The position numbers and the translations under genes are program-made. From positions 115,878,001 through 115,942,000 of the forward strand of contig OZ024741.1 of assembly GCA_964016885.1 (NCBI GenBank): 64,000 nucleotides of DNA, given 5' to 3'. The DNA is from Eledone cirrhosa (lineage: Eukaryota). The first letter of the stretch is position 1. Every line of letters starts with the position of its first letter. This document shows, piece after piece, positions 14,203 through 28,058 of the stretch. The notes under the pieces are model-generated. The model was not told the DNA's origin and did not search any database. It worked only from the letters and a program-made list of their open reading frames with translations.

Positions 14203-15344
14203 ATAAGATAATTGTTGGTCTTTTGCCAGTCTTGTCCCTCTCTCTCTCTATCTATCTATCACTATCTCTCTATTTATATATATAATATTATTCAAAATAT
14301 TGATAAATGAGAAACATCATAACCAATGTATATATTTTATTATACATATTTCAAAGGTACAATGGTGTTTCAGTACGTTTTCATCAGATAAAATATATAA
14401 GAGATTGGATATGCCACATACCGCTAAGTTACTTGAATCATCAATTCCTGCAATATATTAATAATGATATTATAGCGTCATAACCTATATCTAATAAAAA
14501 TGTTATTGATGTGAATAATTCTGGGAATTAAATCTCTGAAGCATCTAGTCCGTCTTCCTTAGTTTGAAACTCTTATCGTTTTCCTTTTTGGATACCTAAA
14601 CCCCTTACTTATTTAGTATTACGACTTATATAATTAAGTGTTTTCTCTTTATTTATTTTATATGTGAATAAACATCAAGTACGTATATCTAACTCCATGA
14701 TTAAATAAACAAATAGAGTTACATTTTGAGACTATTAGGGAGAATGGATATAGATATTTGCTTACATGAAGCCAATGCGAAATATTTCTTGTTCTTTTTA
14801 ACATTACACATTTTTTGGTTTTATCGGTTTTTAGTCTAAATATAATAGTACATTTCACATCTCCTGTATGTTTTTCTTATTATATGTTACAATATCTACA
14901 CTATAATGTAATCCCCAGGCGGACAACATGCTTTGCGATATTTTCTTCGGCTCTTTGCATTCTGCGCGTTCAAATTTCTCCGAGATTCATTTTTCCCTTT
15001 ATCTTTTCGAGGTCGAACAATAAAGTAGCGGTTCAATACTGGAAGTGAATAATCCTCTATAGTTATTTTTCATTTAATCTCTCACTCTCTCTTTCTCTCC
15101 CCTTCTCTGGAAGACATTGGCTGCGCTTGGCTTAGAGGATTGGCTCCACCAGATTTAGATACCCAAGACTTGACGGCACTACTGAGACGGCACTACTGTT
15201 ACAGGACCGTGCATACATAATGTAATCTTTGTACAGAAATTCAGCGAGCCTTCCATATCATTTACTTTTTGGGACTTTTTGTTTGAATTTTCCATTTTCC
15301 CCAACAATAATCATAACTACACACTCACTCTCTTTTATATTCAT

Positions 15345-15408
15345 GTTCGCCTTATATTCTTAGCTTGTTCGCCTTATTTTCTTAGCTTGTTCGCCTTATA
15401 TTCTTAGC
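15345..15408. repeat. Three copies of a ~22-bp tandem repeat
   Basis: tgttcgccttatattcttagct x3. Confidence 0.85.
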
Positions 15409-15489
15409 GCACTGCGTTTTTTTTTTCTCAAAAACGTTGTTAGTCTTTTGACATTTCTAGATATTTACTTACCACTTGATAGGTAGGTA

Positions 15490-16162
15490 TGTTTAAGCGT
15501 ATTTATCGACCCCTTAAGGATGAAAGGCAAAGCTAACCTCGACGGGATTTAAAGCCAGATATTAAGGGACGTAATTTTATGCTGCAAAGTATGTTGACCG
15601 AAGCTCTACTGATACTGCCAATCGACCGCCCTAAAGGCCCGTAATATAATTGTTTCTATTTTTGGCACAAGACCAACAATTATCCCAGTGCATTACTGGT
15701 ACTTTATTTTATCGACCCTGGGTTTGAATCCAGACCGTAAAGGGGTGTAACTCTATAATGCAAAGCATGGCGTCCAGCCCTCTACCGATACTGCCAATCC
15801 ATCAAATAAAAATCCCGTCTTATAATAACGACTAAATATGTTTCAGACGTACATGGTACATATTACATTAAAAAGATAAGGAACGTATAAGTCAAGGTAA
15901 AGTCGCAGGGGCGCTGCCCTTACACACGGCATGACATGGGCAGTTTAAACCTGATGGAGCTCATCCTTCTCCAAGCCGGAAAAAGAACACATTTTTTTCT
16001 AGAGAGAAAAAAGTAAGAATCGATCCATTGCTGGACAGGTACTTTATTTATCGACATCAAAAAAACCAATGAAGGGATTTTAGTCCAGAGCGCAGTGAGC
16101 TGAAAAAAATATCGAAATACTTTTAATCTGATGTCCTAACAACTCTGCTGATTCACCGCCTC
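15490..16162 (-). mobile_element. Cluster of three SINE copies (~15490-15630, 15648-15800, 16030-16160)
   Basis: tttatcgaccc..ggatgaaaggcaaag motif and tail aattgtttctatttttggcacaagacc. Confidence 0.7.
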
Positions 16163-16184
16163 ACAAAATACATTATAAATACTA

Positions 16185-16264
16185 TTGGGTCGTCAAGTAT
16201 GGAATTTACAGAAATTTCCTTTTTTTTCTACGAATTTCTACAAATTTCATACTTGACGACCCAA
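16185..16264. mobile_element. 80-bp Tc1/mariner-type MITE with TA target-site duplication
   Basis: TA|TTGGGTCGTCAAGTATGGAATTT...AAATTTCATACTTGACGACCCAA|TA. Confidence 0.8.
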
Positions 16265-16900
16265 TAGATAAACATATTTGCATGTGGGTTAGTGATACTG
16301 TTGTTGGCATCTTAGACTGTATTCAGAAATTTCAACTCGGCTAATTTGTTTAAAATCACCCTCAAATTCCACATCAATAGACTTGGAGATTCAGTGCAAC
16401 ACACCAGGTGTCAAAGCTGACCCTCCTTCAATTACAGATGTAGTTCATCAAGTGCGTTTCCATACAGTTTTTATTTTCACATTTTCACTCAGAAAGTGAA
16501 GCTTTATAATATAACTGTAAAGAGGAATGGATTATACTTCCCACTGTTTCGACGATGAGTGATCCAGTTGTTCGATCAACGGAATAGCATGCCCGTGAAA
16601 TTAAAGTGCAAGTGGTCAAAGATTCCACAGACACGTGTACCCTTAATCCAATTCTTAAGGTTATTTGGTGTGACACATTGTGTGACAAAGCTGACTTTTT
16701 GAAATCCAAGTTTAGTTCATCTGACAGGCTTCCATTCAGTTTCCATTTAGCTAATTTCACTCAAAAGGCTTGTTCCGATAATATATATATATTTCGTTAA
16801 CACCCTCTTCCTGCTATTTCAAGCGTCAACCTAATATATTCCTTCCATATACTGTACCAATTGTGTTGTTATTTCTGTTTACCATATATATATATATATG

Positions 16901-16975
<75 letters not shown>

Positions 16976-17059
16976 TGTTTCCTTTTTGCGTATGTATGAA
17001 AATAATCGAGATATTTGTTTCTAATTTTAGCACATCGCCAGCAATTTGAAATGAGGGGA

Positions 17060-18960
17060 TTCAATTTCAATCAGCCCCATTATGTTACTGGCACATTATT
17101 TTCTCGACTCCATAAAGATGAAAGACAAAGCTTTCCTCGATGTGATTCGAACTCAGAACGTAAAGGACCGTAGCTATATTTCGCAAAGCATTTTGTCCGA
17201 TGCTTTACCGAGATTGCTAATCCAATAACACTGGAAATGTTTTTTTCTGCATATACTTTGCCAGCTTAATTATGCTTTTGAAAACGTCTATATGTTTTTC
17301 TTGCATAAAGTAACTTTGGAAAATGTTCTATTTTCAACTATTTATATAACGGAATTACAACTATATAAATGTAATAAATGTATACCAAATAAACCGTAAA
17401 TTGTTTAAACAGGTCTTCTATTAACGAACATCAAGGATGAATTTTTATAGTAATTTATTTATCTCATCATCGTATTTTGTTTTTACTTTATATCATCATA
17501 GCATTTTCATTAGCTGCTTTACTACAATGAAGTCTAATTTAGATAAAAGGTCAGCAAGTTTTGGGAGACTGGAATGCCGATTATATTGACATCAATACCT
17601 TACTTGTACTTAATTTCATCGGAGAAAAGGAGAAAAGGCAAAGTTGACGTCAGCAAGATATAAAGCCAGAATGTAATGTCATAACGAAATATAGCAGTAC
17701 ATTTCATTCGACGCCGATGTCTTCCAAATAAGTAAAAAGAGACAGAGGAAGAATCAACCTCAGTAGTAGAATTATACTTTATTTATCGACCTTCAAAGGA
17801 TGAAAAGCAAAATCGACTTCGGCGAATTTTGAACACAGAACGCAATAAGCCAATACAAATACCAACAAATTCAATCTGGCGCCTGTAAATTTGCCACCTA
17901 AAAAAGCTGCATATCAGAAGTATGAATAATTAAATACACATCACAAAACGCGTAAACCGCGTAGGCTGGTGTTTTAACAACAACAGGCAATCATGAATTT
18001 TTGGCGGAGTTCTTAACAAATGTTTGTATCTCAAAAACTTGTCTTTCATTGTTGAGTGATATAAGCACATAATGTAATTACGATCCTCCTTGAAAGAAGG
18101 TAGGGTTTGGGAATAATAGCTTAGCGAATAATGTACTAAATAACATACGCCAACGATTCTCAATTCATTAAAAGTCGTCTCTTACATGAAGCAGGTGTAA
18201 GCAATTTTCAAAGGAACAAGAAAATAGTTTCATGATATTAATGATTAATTTCACAAAATGAATTTACAGGTTTAACGAAATATATGATCGTTGGTTACAA
18301 GTACGGGGTTAGCTACGGTCAATTCTACAGTCGTATTGAACCTGTTTATGTACTAGACTAGCAATTGTATCAACCCCATTACTTGAGTATAATACTTTAT
18401 TTTATTAACCCCGGAAGGATGAAAATCAAAGATTCCATCAATCGAGTAAACTTGTATGATTAAATGATATGACTTACCTACATTAATAGTATGCAAGTAG
18501 AGAAAATGTGAAGGGGCCTTATTTTGAATACCGTGTACAAAGTGACATTGAAACTAGGAAATATGTTCACAAAGAAATAATTTTTGTTATAAATCAAATG
18601 TGATAAGTGCAGTAATAATTGTATGTATGGTCAGGTGGTTCCTGGTGGATCTTTGGAGTATCGTCGTCACATACATCAGGTCTTGGGCACTTTTTAAACA
18701 TGTCAGAGCTCATCCACTCTTCAGATCTGAACACAGCGGATTTCTTCCTGAGAAAAAGAGAGAGAGAACGAAAGACGGTAAATGAGAAAGAGGTACAGAG
18801 TAAAGAATCTGTCCCAGTACTTGACTGCTACTTTTTTACCGACCTGAAAAAAAAGAAAAGCAAAGTTGATCTCGATAAGATTTGATTCTCGATAGAATTG
18901 AAATGAATACCTGAAAACATTCTATGCGACTTCATAACGAGGCTGCCAATTCAACGCTTG
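17060..18960 (-). mobile_element. Several more degenerate SINE copies (~17060-17225, 17545-17720, 17765-17870, 18370-18435, 18810-18960)
   Basis: Same central motif, e.g. atttatcgaccttcaaaggatgaaaagcaaaatcgacttcggcgaattttgaacacagaacg. Confidence 0.7.
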
Positions 18961-19838
18961 CAAAATAATCACTTTCTTTTGATCAGTCAGTTTATTATAT
19001 TTACCATATCTGCATAGATATCTTCAGTTTATCTTAGTTATTTAATTTACGCTCTCTTTCCTCTTTACTCCTTTATTTGTTAATCCTTACCCCCCTCCTG
19101 TGGCATTCAAATAAAACCTTCACTAGCTTGGTATCTTTCAACATTTTGTTTTTCTTATACACTTCAACCTTATTCACAGCAAAATGAGGAGGGACCAACA
19201 TTTTCCCCTTAAGGTACCAATTTACAGCGAGGTCTACTAGATCATATGAATGTTAAACACGCAGTGGAAATACTCTACTCTATTTCATGCAGTTAACATG
19301 TTACGAACCGTTGATTTGTGTTCACTTGACCATCTAGTCCTAACATCATTTTAAAAAATGATGATGGATACTTCGTCTGTAGCTACAGTAGTGACGTTTA
19401 CGATACATGCCCGCAACTTATAATCTGCAGATTATGAGCTGCAGCAAGTAAAATTTAAAGTATATATATAACCTATTATAATATAATATGCAAGGTAACA
19501 TACTCTAATATACAGTGTAACATAATATAACATATACTATATTATCATGTAGCGTAACCTATAATATGCTTTAGAGTTGTCCAAGTGTATATACAAGTTG
19601 TATTCAGAAATTAGAGAAAGAAACCCCTGAAAATGTATATATTAGTGTTATCTATCCCATCGGAGACTTAATGGTAACATTGATATTCATGTACACAACA
19701 GCAATTTATATTAAATTCAATTCCCGTATTCATATAAATACAATCTGGTTATTTCATTTGGGAATTGTCTCTATTTTTCCATTCTGTAGAGAGAAGGACA
19801 GAGAGAATGAGAAAGTGGCAGATAGAGGATGTGAGAAA

Positions 19839-19883
<45 letters not shown>

Positions 19884-20509
19884 GAGTAAAATGTGAAATA
19901 TAGAGGGTGAAATAGAATATGCGAGCGGAAAGGAGAGAGATGAAATAATATGAGCGCAAAAACTTCAGAGAAGGGAAATGGCTAACAGAGAGGGGGGGGG
20001 GGGGGGCAGAAAGATAGTCAAATTCTTCATTTTAAAAAGAAAGGCGGATATGTGTTACAGACAGTGAGGGAAGACAGCGTTCTTTGATTTCGACGTGATT
20101 ACACGTGTGTGTAATGTGTAATCTAAACTATAATAAAGGAAGGTCTGCGGGATTGCGTACGGTTTATTTTTTTTTATCCCGTTTGTAAAATAAGTTGGAT
20201 TACTTTGAATAAACAATGAATGAATATTACATAATTTATCTACTCAATTTCGTAAACAAAAATAATTTCGTAAAAATAAATAATTTCAAATTGACTTCTT
20301 TTCAAAGTTGCACTTCCGGTATATCGTCGCCACCACCACCACTTCAACTACCATATATATATAGAAAGAGAGAGGTTGTGATGAGAGAGATAGAGAGATT
20401 ATGACTTTCTACACGCTGACGCGTATGATTATGTACATACATCTATATGTATGAGTATATAACTATAATCGCGCAAACACAAACTTATAAAAATACACTC
20501 TCACGGACA

Positions 20510-20705
20510 TAATTCACACATATACATTTACACAAACATACATACATTCACACATATACATTTACACAAACATACATACATTCCCACATATACATTTACA
20601 CAAACACACACATACAGTCATGATAGCGTTCGGTTTAATTGGAGATGGGAGGGTATAATGTTTTATTTAAGTATAATGTTTTATTTAAGTATAATGTTTT
20701 ATTTA
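20510..20705. repeat. Short minisatellites (~32-bp unit x3; 18-bp unit x3)
   Basis: cacatatacatttacacaaacatacatacatt repeats; gtataatgttttatttaa x3. Confidence 0.8.
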
Positions 20706-20709
20706 TTTA

Positions 20710-21385
20710 TTTATTAACTTTTTTTTTAAAACTCATTTAATATAATGGTTACAGAACGAAAACACTAACAAATATAATATATACAAAGGAAAGGGAAAGG
20801 AATAAGAGAAAGAGAAAAAATACGCAAGCAGGTAATACACACATCTTAGGTCACAGAACAAAATGCAGGTGAAAGAGATGGAAACACGAGCCTCTGCCAG
20901 CGCAAAAGATACTAATATAGCGAGAAGGACTGGGAAACCTCTCTAATAATTTTTGAGGCAGGCCAACACGCTCGCAGCGTTACCTGGGGTGATGGCGAGG
21001 CTGGGGTCCTGGAACAACCAAGTGCCCTCACTATCATCACCAGTTACCTCTGTTTGGCGAACCGCCAGTGAAGATAAGAACCTCGTTGTCAGTAGCCCGA
21101 CTCCCCCAAATGTCTCGAACGCCACAGGCTGGTTAATGTATTTAGCTGACAGAACACGGTATTTTAGGATTTTGTTCCGTTCAGCTGAGGATGCTGTAGC
21201 TCTCGCCCTTACCTCTGCATCCAGAATGTGGGAAGAAGCAAAAGAGTCACTAACTGTGACGTCCCAGGTAAGGCACCTGCCTCTTGACCAGGAGCACAGA
21301 GTAAGACCGTCAAATTTCTCATCAATTCAGGACAACCCAGACGATTCCAAAATGTTTGCCCGGGCCAAAGCTCTTGAGTGGTAAT
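20710..21385 (-). mobile_element. 3' fragment of a CRE-like RLE non-LTR retrotransposon
   Basis: Minus translation DGLTLCSWSRGRCLTWDVTVSDSFASS..AERNKILKY..PVAFETFGG..SLAITPGNAASVL. Confidence 0.75.
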
Positions 21386-21564
21386 AGGACAGTGTGTGTA
21401 TGTGCGCGTGCGTGAATTTGTCAGCGTTCTTAAATTAGAGACACGTGTGTGTGTGTCACTGTTTTTAAGTTAGAGACATATATGTGTGTATCCCTTTCCT
21501 TCTTTTTACACACACACATACATATTGCGTGATGGACGGGTGGACAGATGTCCCTCAAATTTAT

Positions 21565-22195
21565 ATACATGTGAATGGAGTTCTACTGAAGCAGTTAGAG
21601 AAGTTCAAGTAACTTGGAGCCGTGTTCATGAGTGATGGAATGCATGAGACTGAATTAAGTGCAAGAATTACAAAAGCTGATGCAGTAGAGCGCCAGCCTC
21701 AACAATCAGATGAAGGAGGATAGGTGTAAAAGCCAAACTCGCTGTCTTCCAACTCTTACCGAGGATCATGAATCTTGAGTAATGACCAAGAGAATATAAT
21801 TGCAAATAAAAGTGGCAGAAATGGGATTCCTTCGAAGGGTCTTTGGAGTAACGTTACTCGATAAAGTGCATAACTCAGACACCAGAGAGTCACTCTTGGT
21901 AGAGCGGCTACTTCTCTGGATAGAGAGATCACAACTCTGATATTATGAGCATGTGGTTAGAATGTCTCAGTGAAGAATCGCTGGACACATTTTACAGGCA
22001 AAACCAACTGGCAAGAGACCCAGAGGTAGACCCTGAGCAAGATAGTTGGATAACATCCATGAGCTTGGCTGGCCACGCTTTGGGATCCAGCTGGATCAGT
22101 TAGAGATGTTTGCTACTGACAGACTCGTTGGAAGGAGTGTTTGAGAAGGACTCTGCCCCCATTACCCTCTCAGAAATAAGTGGGTGAAGAAGATA
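21565..22195 (+). mobile_element. Degenerate RTE LINE 3' fragment
   Basis: LKQLEKFK*LGAVFMSDG..AEMGFLRR..IERSQL*YYEHVVRM..PTGKRPRGRP with stops. Confidence 0.8.
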
Positions 22196-22749
22196 TTGTC
22201 AATTTACTTTTCAATTTACATATATCTATAAGCATATATATTTGTGTACAATACCAATATGCACACTACATATGCTAGCAGAAAACCGCTGGTGTGTATT
22301 CTAATAAATAGTTTGTTGCAACAACATTACTGAGTGAATTTCCAATAAATTTTATAGTAGTTTCAATGTTGAAATAAGTGTGGTGTGTAATATCACTTAC
22401 ACTGCTTCCAGAATATTTTAGATAATTTTATGGATGGTCCTCTTCGGAGGCCAGGTGAAAGAAGTACAGTGATCTGAAGGCTGTTAAGAAGCTAGACAGA
22501 CCCATCAAGTTGCTTTGAAGATGTAAAATGCTTTGACACGAGTACCTGAATTAGTAGTGAACAGACGGTAGTGTTTAGATCAAAACGCATACAGGATTCC
22601 TGCTGGACGAGAACAACAAACTAAGAAAGATAAGCAAAATAATTGAAATCTAGCTGAAGCATACTGTTCAACAGTCCAAGCAGAAGCACGAGTCATATGA
22701 AATACAAATTGGTTGATATGTGCTTTTCCATGACCATCAAAATGACTAC

Positions 22750-23110
22750 AGCAGCAATCTACAGATCATTGGAGAAATGAACCAATGCTGTCAACATTGT
22801 GGTGCCAAGAGGTATGTAGCTGGAACACCAGAACTATATCGTTGAAGAGGCAAAGTTTACCTCATTATAAAATAAGAGCCTCCTGAATTTCTGAAGAATT
22901 TGCTCTTCCAGGATATGCCAGAGTCATGACACTTCAATAGATTAAAAAAAGCAACACTTTCATTCAAATGACATATTTCTGAGTTGACAGAAACATAACA
23001 GATGTTTGATTATGTTGAACGTGTAAAATTCAGAAACTGCTGCCATTTAATGGGTGGACGTCTGACACTTCTCACAAATTTGTGCAGGTTTATTTCATAG
23101 GAGGCAATAT
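22750..23110 (+). pseudogene. Degenerate Helitron RepHel N-terminal fragment
   Basis: IGEMNQCCQHCGAKRY..GKVYL..EPPEFLKNLL..FIQMT..KFVQVYFIG resembles the Helitron N-terminal Cys-rich region. Confidence 0.6.
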
Positions 23111-23623
23111 CACTGAAACAAATAAACAATATGGTTTATTATGATACCTTGCATTGAACAAGTGATAAACACAATTCTGCTGTATTTCCCACTTCAGTGA
23201 ACATACAGAACGATCCTATTTTATTGGCTAAATGCGTGCCAAAATATATTGTCACTTTAATAATATACCCGAGTATTGCCAGTTACTCCTACTAGTATAA
23301 TATAAAATAATATATGATATAAGATAATATAACATAATATTATAGTATAATACAAAATAGTATGATATAATATAATATAATATAATATATTATAATATAA
23401 TATAATATAATTGTATAATATAATATAATGGTAGTAGCACCAAGGCAGTAACATTAATACAGCGTTTAAGCATAAGTATATGAAATGTCGTGATATTCTC
23501 AAAATGTACGTGCAACTCTGTGATATATTCACAGAGGAAATAAGAAAAATAAACGATTTTTCGTTACGAAAAATATTTTTCTTTTATAGCGAGGTTACCC
23601 ATACGTTTATCCATTTATATCTA

Positions 23624-24794
23624 TCTATATATTACTAAAATTCTGTGATTGCTTGCTTTCTTGTCTGCAATGTAATACAGCCAAAAGGGCGCATAATGGG
23701 AAAATACTTTGAAAGGAAGTTGCCCCTGAAATGGGAGTACAAATGGAATAGAACAGGTTTCGCGTAAATCGAAGCACGGGTTCCCGAAAGATGGGGGTTT
23801 CTGGGTACGTTTATAACCAGAGAGAGAGATAGTGGTTGTGAGAGAGTAGATTGAGAGAGAGACATAGAGAGAGGGAGATGAGATAGAGAAGGAGAATAGA
23901 AGAGGGAGAGGGCTGGTGGTGTTGTGTGTGTATGTATATATATATGTGTGTATGTGTGTGTATATATATGTATGTATGTGTGTGTGTATATATATTTGTG
24001 TGTGTCTATGACCAGTGTATATAGATCACAGACCCCCCCACACACACATATATATATATATATATACAAACACACATTTATATATATATACATACATACA
24101 CACACGGGCCCTCCAGTTTCATTTCACCTTATATACCTTTCTCTGTATATTTTGATTATTTAAAAATTATTTTTAAGTGTACATGACCCAACGGGTCACG
24201 AGTGGTCTAGTATAATACTAAAACTCTGTGATTGCTTGCTTGTTTGTCTGTAATGTAATATGGCCAAAAGGGCGCATAATGGGAAAATTCTTTGAAAGGA
24301 AGTTGAACCTGAAATGGAGATACAAATGGAATAAAACAAGTTTCGCGTAAATCGAAGCACGGGTTCCCGAGATATGGGGTTCCCTGGGTACCTTCACAAA
24401 CAGAGTGAGAGAGAGAAGGATAAAGAGAAGGAGATATTGGTTGTGAGAGAGTAGATTGAAATCATAGAGAGAAGGAGAGGAAACAGAGATGGAGAATGGA
24501 AGAGAAAGAGAGACAGCTGGTAGTGTTATTGTGTGTATATATATATATATGAGTGTGTGTATGTATGTGTGTGTGTGTCTATGACCAGTGTATATAGATC
24601 ACAGACACCCACATATATACACACACACATTTATATATATATACATGCACACAGGTATATATATATGGGCCTTCCAGTTTCATTTCACATTATATACATG
24701 TCTGTGTATATTTTGATTCTCTAAAAATTATTTTTAAGTGAACATGATTTTTTAAAACTATTATAAATTAAACGTGACCCAACGGGTGGTCTAG
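23624..24794 (+). mobile_element. Tandem dimer of a non-autonomous Helitron (23624-24210 and 24211-24794)
   Basis: A|TC start; subterminal hairpin TGACCC-AAC-GGGTCA then CTAG|T; two homologous ~585-bp units. Confidence 0.8.
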
Positions 24795-24914
24795 TTATAT
24801 ATACAAGTATAATACATGTTATATATATGTTTTCATATACACCTTTCATATAATATAATGCAATATATTATAATATAATATACATAATACACTTAATCAG
24901 ATCATCTTCAAATT

Positions 24915-25055
24915 TGAGTGGTACTTATTTTATAGACCCCGAAATGATAAAAGTCAAAATCGTCATCGAAACGATATAAATAGAGGAAATGAAAGTAGGG
25001 AACATAGTTAGGTACCGCAAGATATATAATCTGATGCTGTACTGATTCTGCTACT
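24915..25055 (-). mobile_element. Degenerate SINE copy
   Basis: tggtacttattttatagaccccgaaatgataaaagtcaaaatcg. Confidence 0.55.
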
Positions 25056-25474
25056 CAAAAGACACATTGTAATTAAATGTGAAAAAAAAAACAAGAAGGA
25101 AAATCAATAAGTTATTAAAAATAAAAATAACTTGTCTCTTCTATGAAACGCGAAAGGAAACATCTATTGAGGAGGGAAATTTATGGAATATTCTCGTGCA
25201 ATAAAATTTGATAGCATACAGAATGAAGTTTGTCAATGTAATTTTATCACGAATACTTATTCTGTTGAAGGAATTATATTTTGAATAGACATCAAATGTA
25301 GATGTCAAAATTTACGATTTATGGCAAATATGAACTCAGAATTGTTGATATAAAAATCAGAATTTTGAAAGAATTTTTGTTTTCCAACGTTTCGTTAAAC
25401 AATTGTTTCTATACAAATCAGGTACTATTAAACGAGACTACACATAAGAAAAAATATGAATAGGTAGCCACTAT

Positions 25475-25628
25475 TTAGGTTTTTGACATGAAGCAAAAGC
25501 GCTATATATCAGGTAAAATGGAGGTTACAAAGTTCATGTTTGTCTAGTGGCATTTATAGTGTAAATGAGAATATGCCCCATCAGCCAAGAATCGAAAATA
25601 GCGCTTTTGCTTCATGTCAAAAACCTAA
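25475..25628. mobile_element. MITE with perfect ~31-bp terminal inverted repeats
   Basis: TTAGGTTTTTGACATGAAGCAAAAGCGCTAT ... ATAGCGCTTTTGCTTCATGTCAAAAACCTAA. Confidence 0.8.
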
Positions 25629-25742
25629 TAAGTGATTATTTAATCTTATGACGTCTCATATGTAATTACCGGGCTTTAAGTTCCCGGAGAAATATTACAC
25701 AGCCATACAAAATGATACAATAGAACGTGCCTTTAGATTAAA

Positions 25743-26340
25743 TAATTGTTTCTACTTTTGGCACAAGGCCAGCAATTACCCAGTGCATTACCACAGCAAG
25801 CGGTGTGGAGCGCTAGGGCACGGCAAGGCACTACAGATGTCGTGGCCATCCACTGCAACCAAGGAATTCCCTGGTCGTGACGGTCCTCCGTACCACCGGA
25901 TTCTGACTTCTGCGGCCGAGTGAGTGGGACCGTCACTGTGCACTGGCCCTCCCACTATAAATCTTTCCCGCACAGGTTTCTTCTTTAGCGTGCACTCCCA
26001 AAGCACTGCGGCGATGAGCGAGAGGTGGAGGTAACAGGTGGAGGTAACCTCTGGGATTTGCCAGTCTGACTCCGGTCTGTTCTTCTGCCCCCACTGTCCC
26101 CGGACCTGCAAGTCAAGGATCGGCCTCCACAGCCACCTTCGTGCTCACGGCAGACGGGAACAACAATAAAGAAGATGTCATCATCGTTTACGATGGACAA
26201 CCAAGACTGGTACTTTATTTTATCGACCCCGTAGGGATGAAAGGCAAATTTAACCTCGACGGGATTTGAACTCTGAATGAAAAGGGCTGTAACTCTATGC
26301 GTCAAAGCATGGTGTCCGACCCTGCCAATCTACCGCCTCT
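25743..26340 (-). mobile_element. SINE copy interrupted by a ~415-bp insertion
   Basis: cccagtgcatta|insert|ctggtactttattttatcgacccc versus uninterrupted cccagtgcattactggtacttt at ~15684. Confidence 0.8.
25791..26206 (+). mobile_element. Short RTE-derived element (putative 5' UTR fused to the zinc-finger 3' end)
   Basis: FCPHCPRTCKSRIGLHSHLRAH..* followed by tail hairpin catcg-tttta-like-cgatg (catcgtttacgatg); GC-rich non-coding 5' part. Confidence 0.65.
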
Positions 26341-27404
26341 AGATTAAAAAATGATATTGTTCATCAAGCATCAACCAAGAATGACCCTGAACCAGTATAT
26401 TTCAGATATCTGTGCGTGCGGTTAGTATAAAAAAAATCATATATTATTAGGTACGGTATGAACATTTGGTCGTTTTGATATTTATGTCTTAATCCAGAGA
26501 TTCAGAATACTGTTGTCTTCGAACTGAAACTCTATTAGAAATGTTTGGCTTGCTGTAATCTTACCTCTTAATCTACAGTACTTGGAATTCAACAACGCTA
26601 TGTATTTTATATTTCTATTAAAATCCTGCATCTCATTTATGTCAGTAATCCGATCGGAAAAGATATGGATATCAAAAAATGTGATTCCCATTTCAATGAA
26701 TATTAGCTCCTTGCACTTACACAATGAACACAATGCACAACTATGATTATTTAACATATATTTTAGTAAGCTGAGACCAACGAAGAGGATGTTTCAAGCC
26801 AGGGTTGAAGTGATTTAATTTTACGTCTAAATATGACATGAACGTAACAATGCAGTAGAATACCATTATATTTTACTTCTAATGATAAAAAGTGGTATGA
26901 AAAGAATACGTCAGAAAGTGAAAAATAGCCAGTATTTGAAATTTTCCCGGGAACTCAAATACGGTAAGCTTATGGAGAATATGCTCTCTTGTAAAAATTG
27001 CTATAAAAGGAACATCACACTGCATTACCTGCATATATCGCTTCCCAGATAACCCCAGTGATCTAAGCTATTTCACCAAGAACCAAGAATCATGAAAAGA
27101 AAGACCGGTGGATGATGTTGGATTAGTGCTGGGGTATTCAAACCCAATGTCAAAGCACAGCTCATCACAGAAAATTTCAGAAACCCTGTTTATGCAAGAT
27201 TTTACAATGAAGAAATGTTTTTTGTCATTCGGATCTCAAGCTTGTTTGAATTAAGAAAATATATATATTGCTCGTACATTATGCATATTTGACGTCAATT
27301 CATAATTTGTGGGCACATTCATTACATTTTTGTATTCATTTATGCAACAGACTTGATTGCAATTGAATGACTATTTATTACATACATCTAACAAAAATAA
27401 ATAA

Positions 27405-27446
<42 letters not shown>

Positions 27447-27450
<4 letters not shown>

Positions 27451-28058
27451 AAACAAGTATTATCCAACCGTATGCCAATGTGGTTCTATGGCGGGTTAAT
27501 AAATTAACAAGCCAGAACATATAAAATCAAGGTCTAGCAAATAGAGAAAAAGTTTTAAAGTAAATTTTAAAATATTCGCTGTACTTACTATATGTGCCTT
27601 TACCGCGGTTTCATGTTCCAGAATAAACGGAAAATCCAAGCGGATTTTCATTGAGAAGGGAGCAACCTTCAGAAGGCTCTTCTCCCTCGGAGAATATAAA
27701 TTTCCCGAGTTCAAATCACAATCTGACGCCATACAAAACCATTCCCAAATGAGAGCGAATGATGAAAGAAATAATTCTGTCTGGTGCTGTTTTCAAAGAC
27801 AAAAGGCAAGGTGGACATAAATATAAATAAATATACACAACTATAATAACAACAACCACGCATAAACACACACTAGTAAACAAAGATAGAATAGAAACAC
27901 ACACAGACTCAGCCACGAACACACACCATAGAGAAAACGCACACCCAAAAGCATGCGCAGACAGAGACAAGAATAAATAACTATATAAAAATAAAAATGG
28001 AATAGACATTACAATACAACGGGAGGAAACATAATAGTGGATAATGTCACATATAACA

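Noticed and set aside
14360-14392. Hammerhead-like CTGATGA..GAAAC (minus)
   Set aside because: Stems I and II do not pair convincingly; at best a decayed copy
16485-16800. Possible host exon or transposase remnant
   Set aside because: No recognisable motif or convincing splice context
7610-26340. tRNA genes
   Set aside because: Only degenerate tRNA-derived SINE heads; no complete cloverleaf seen
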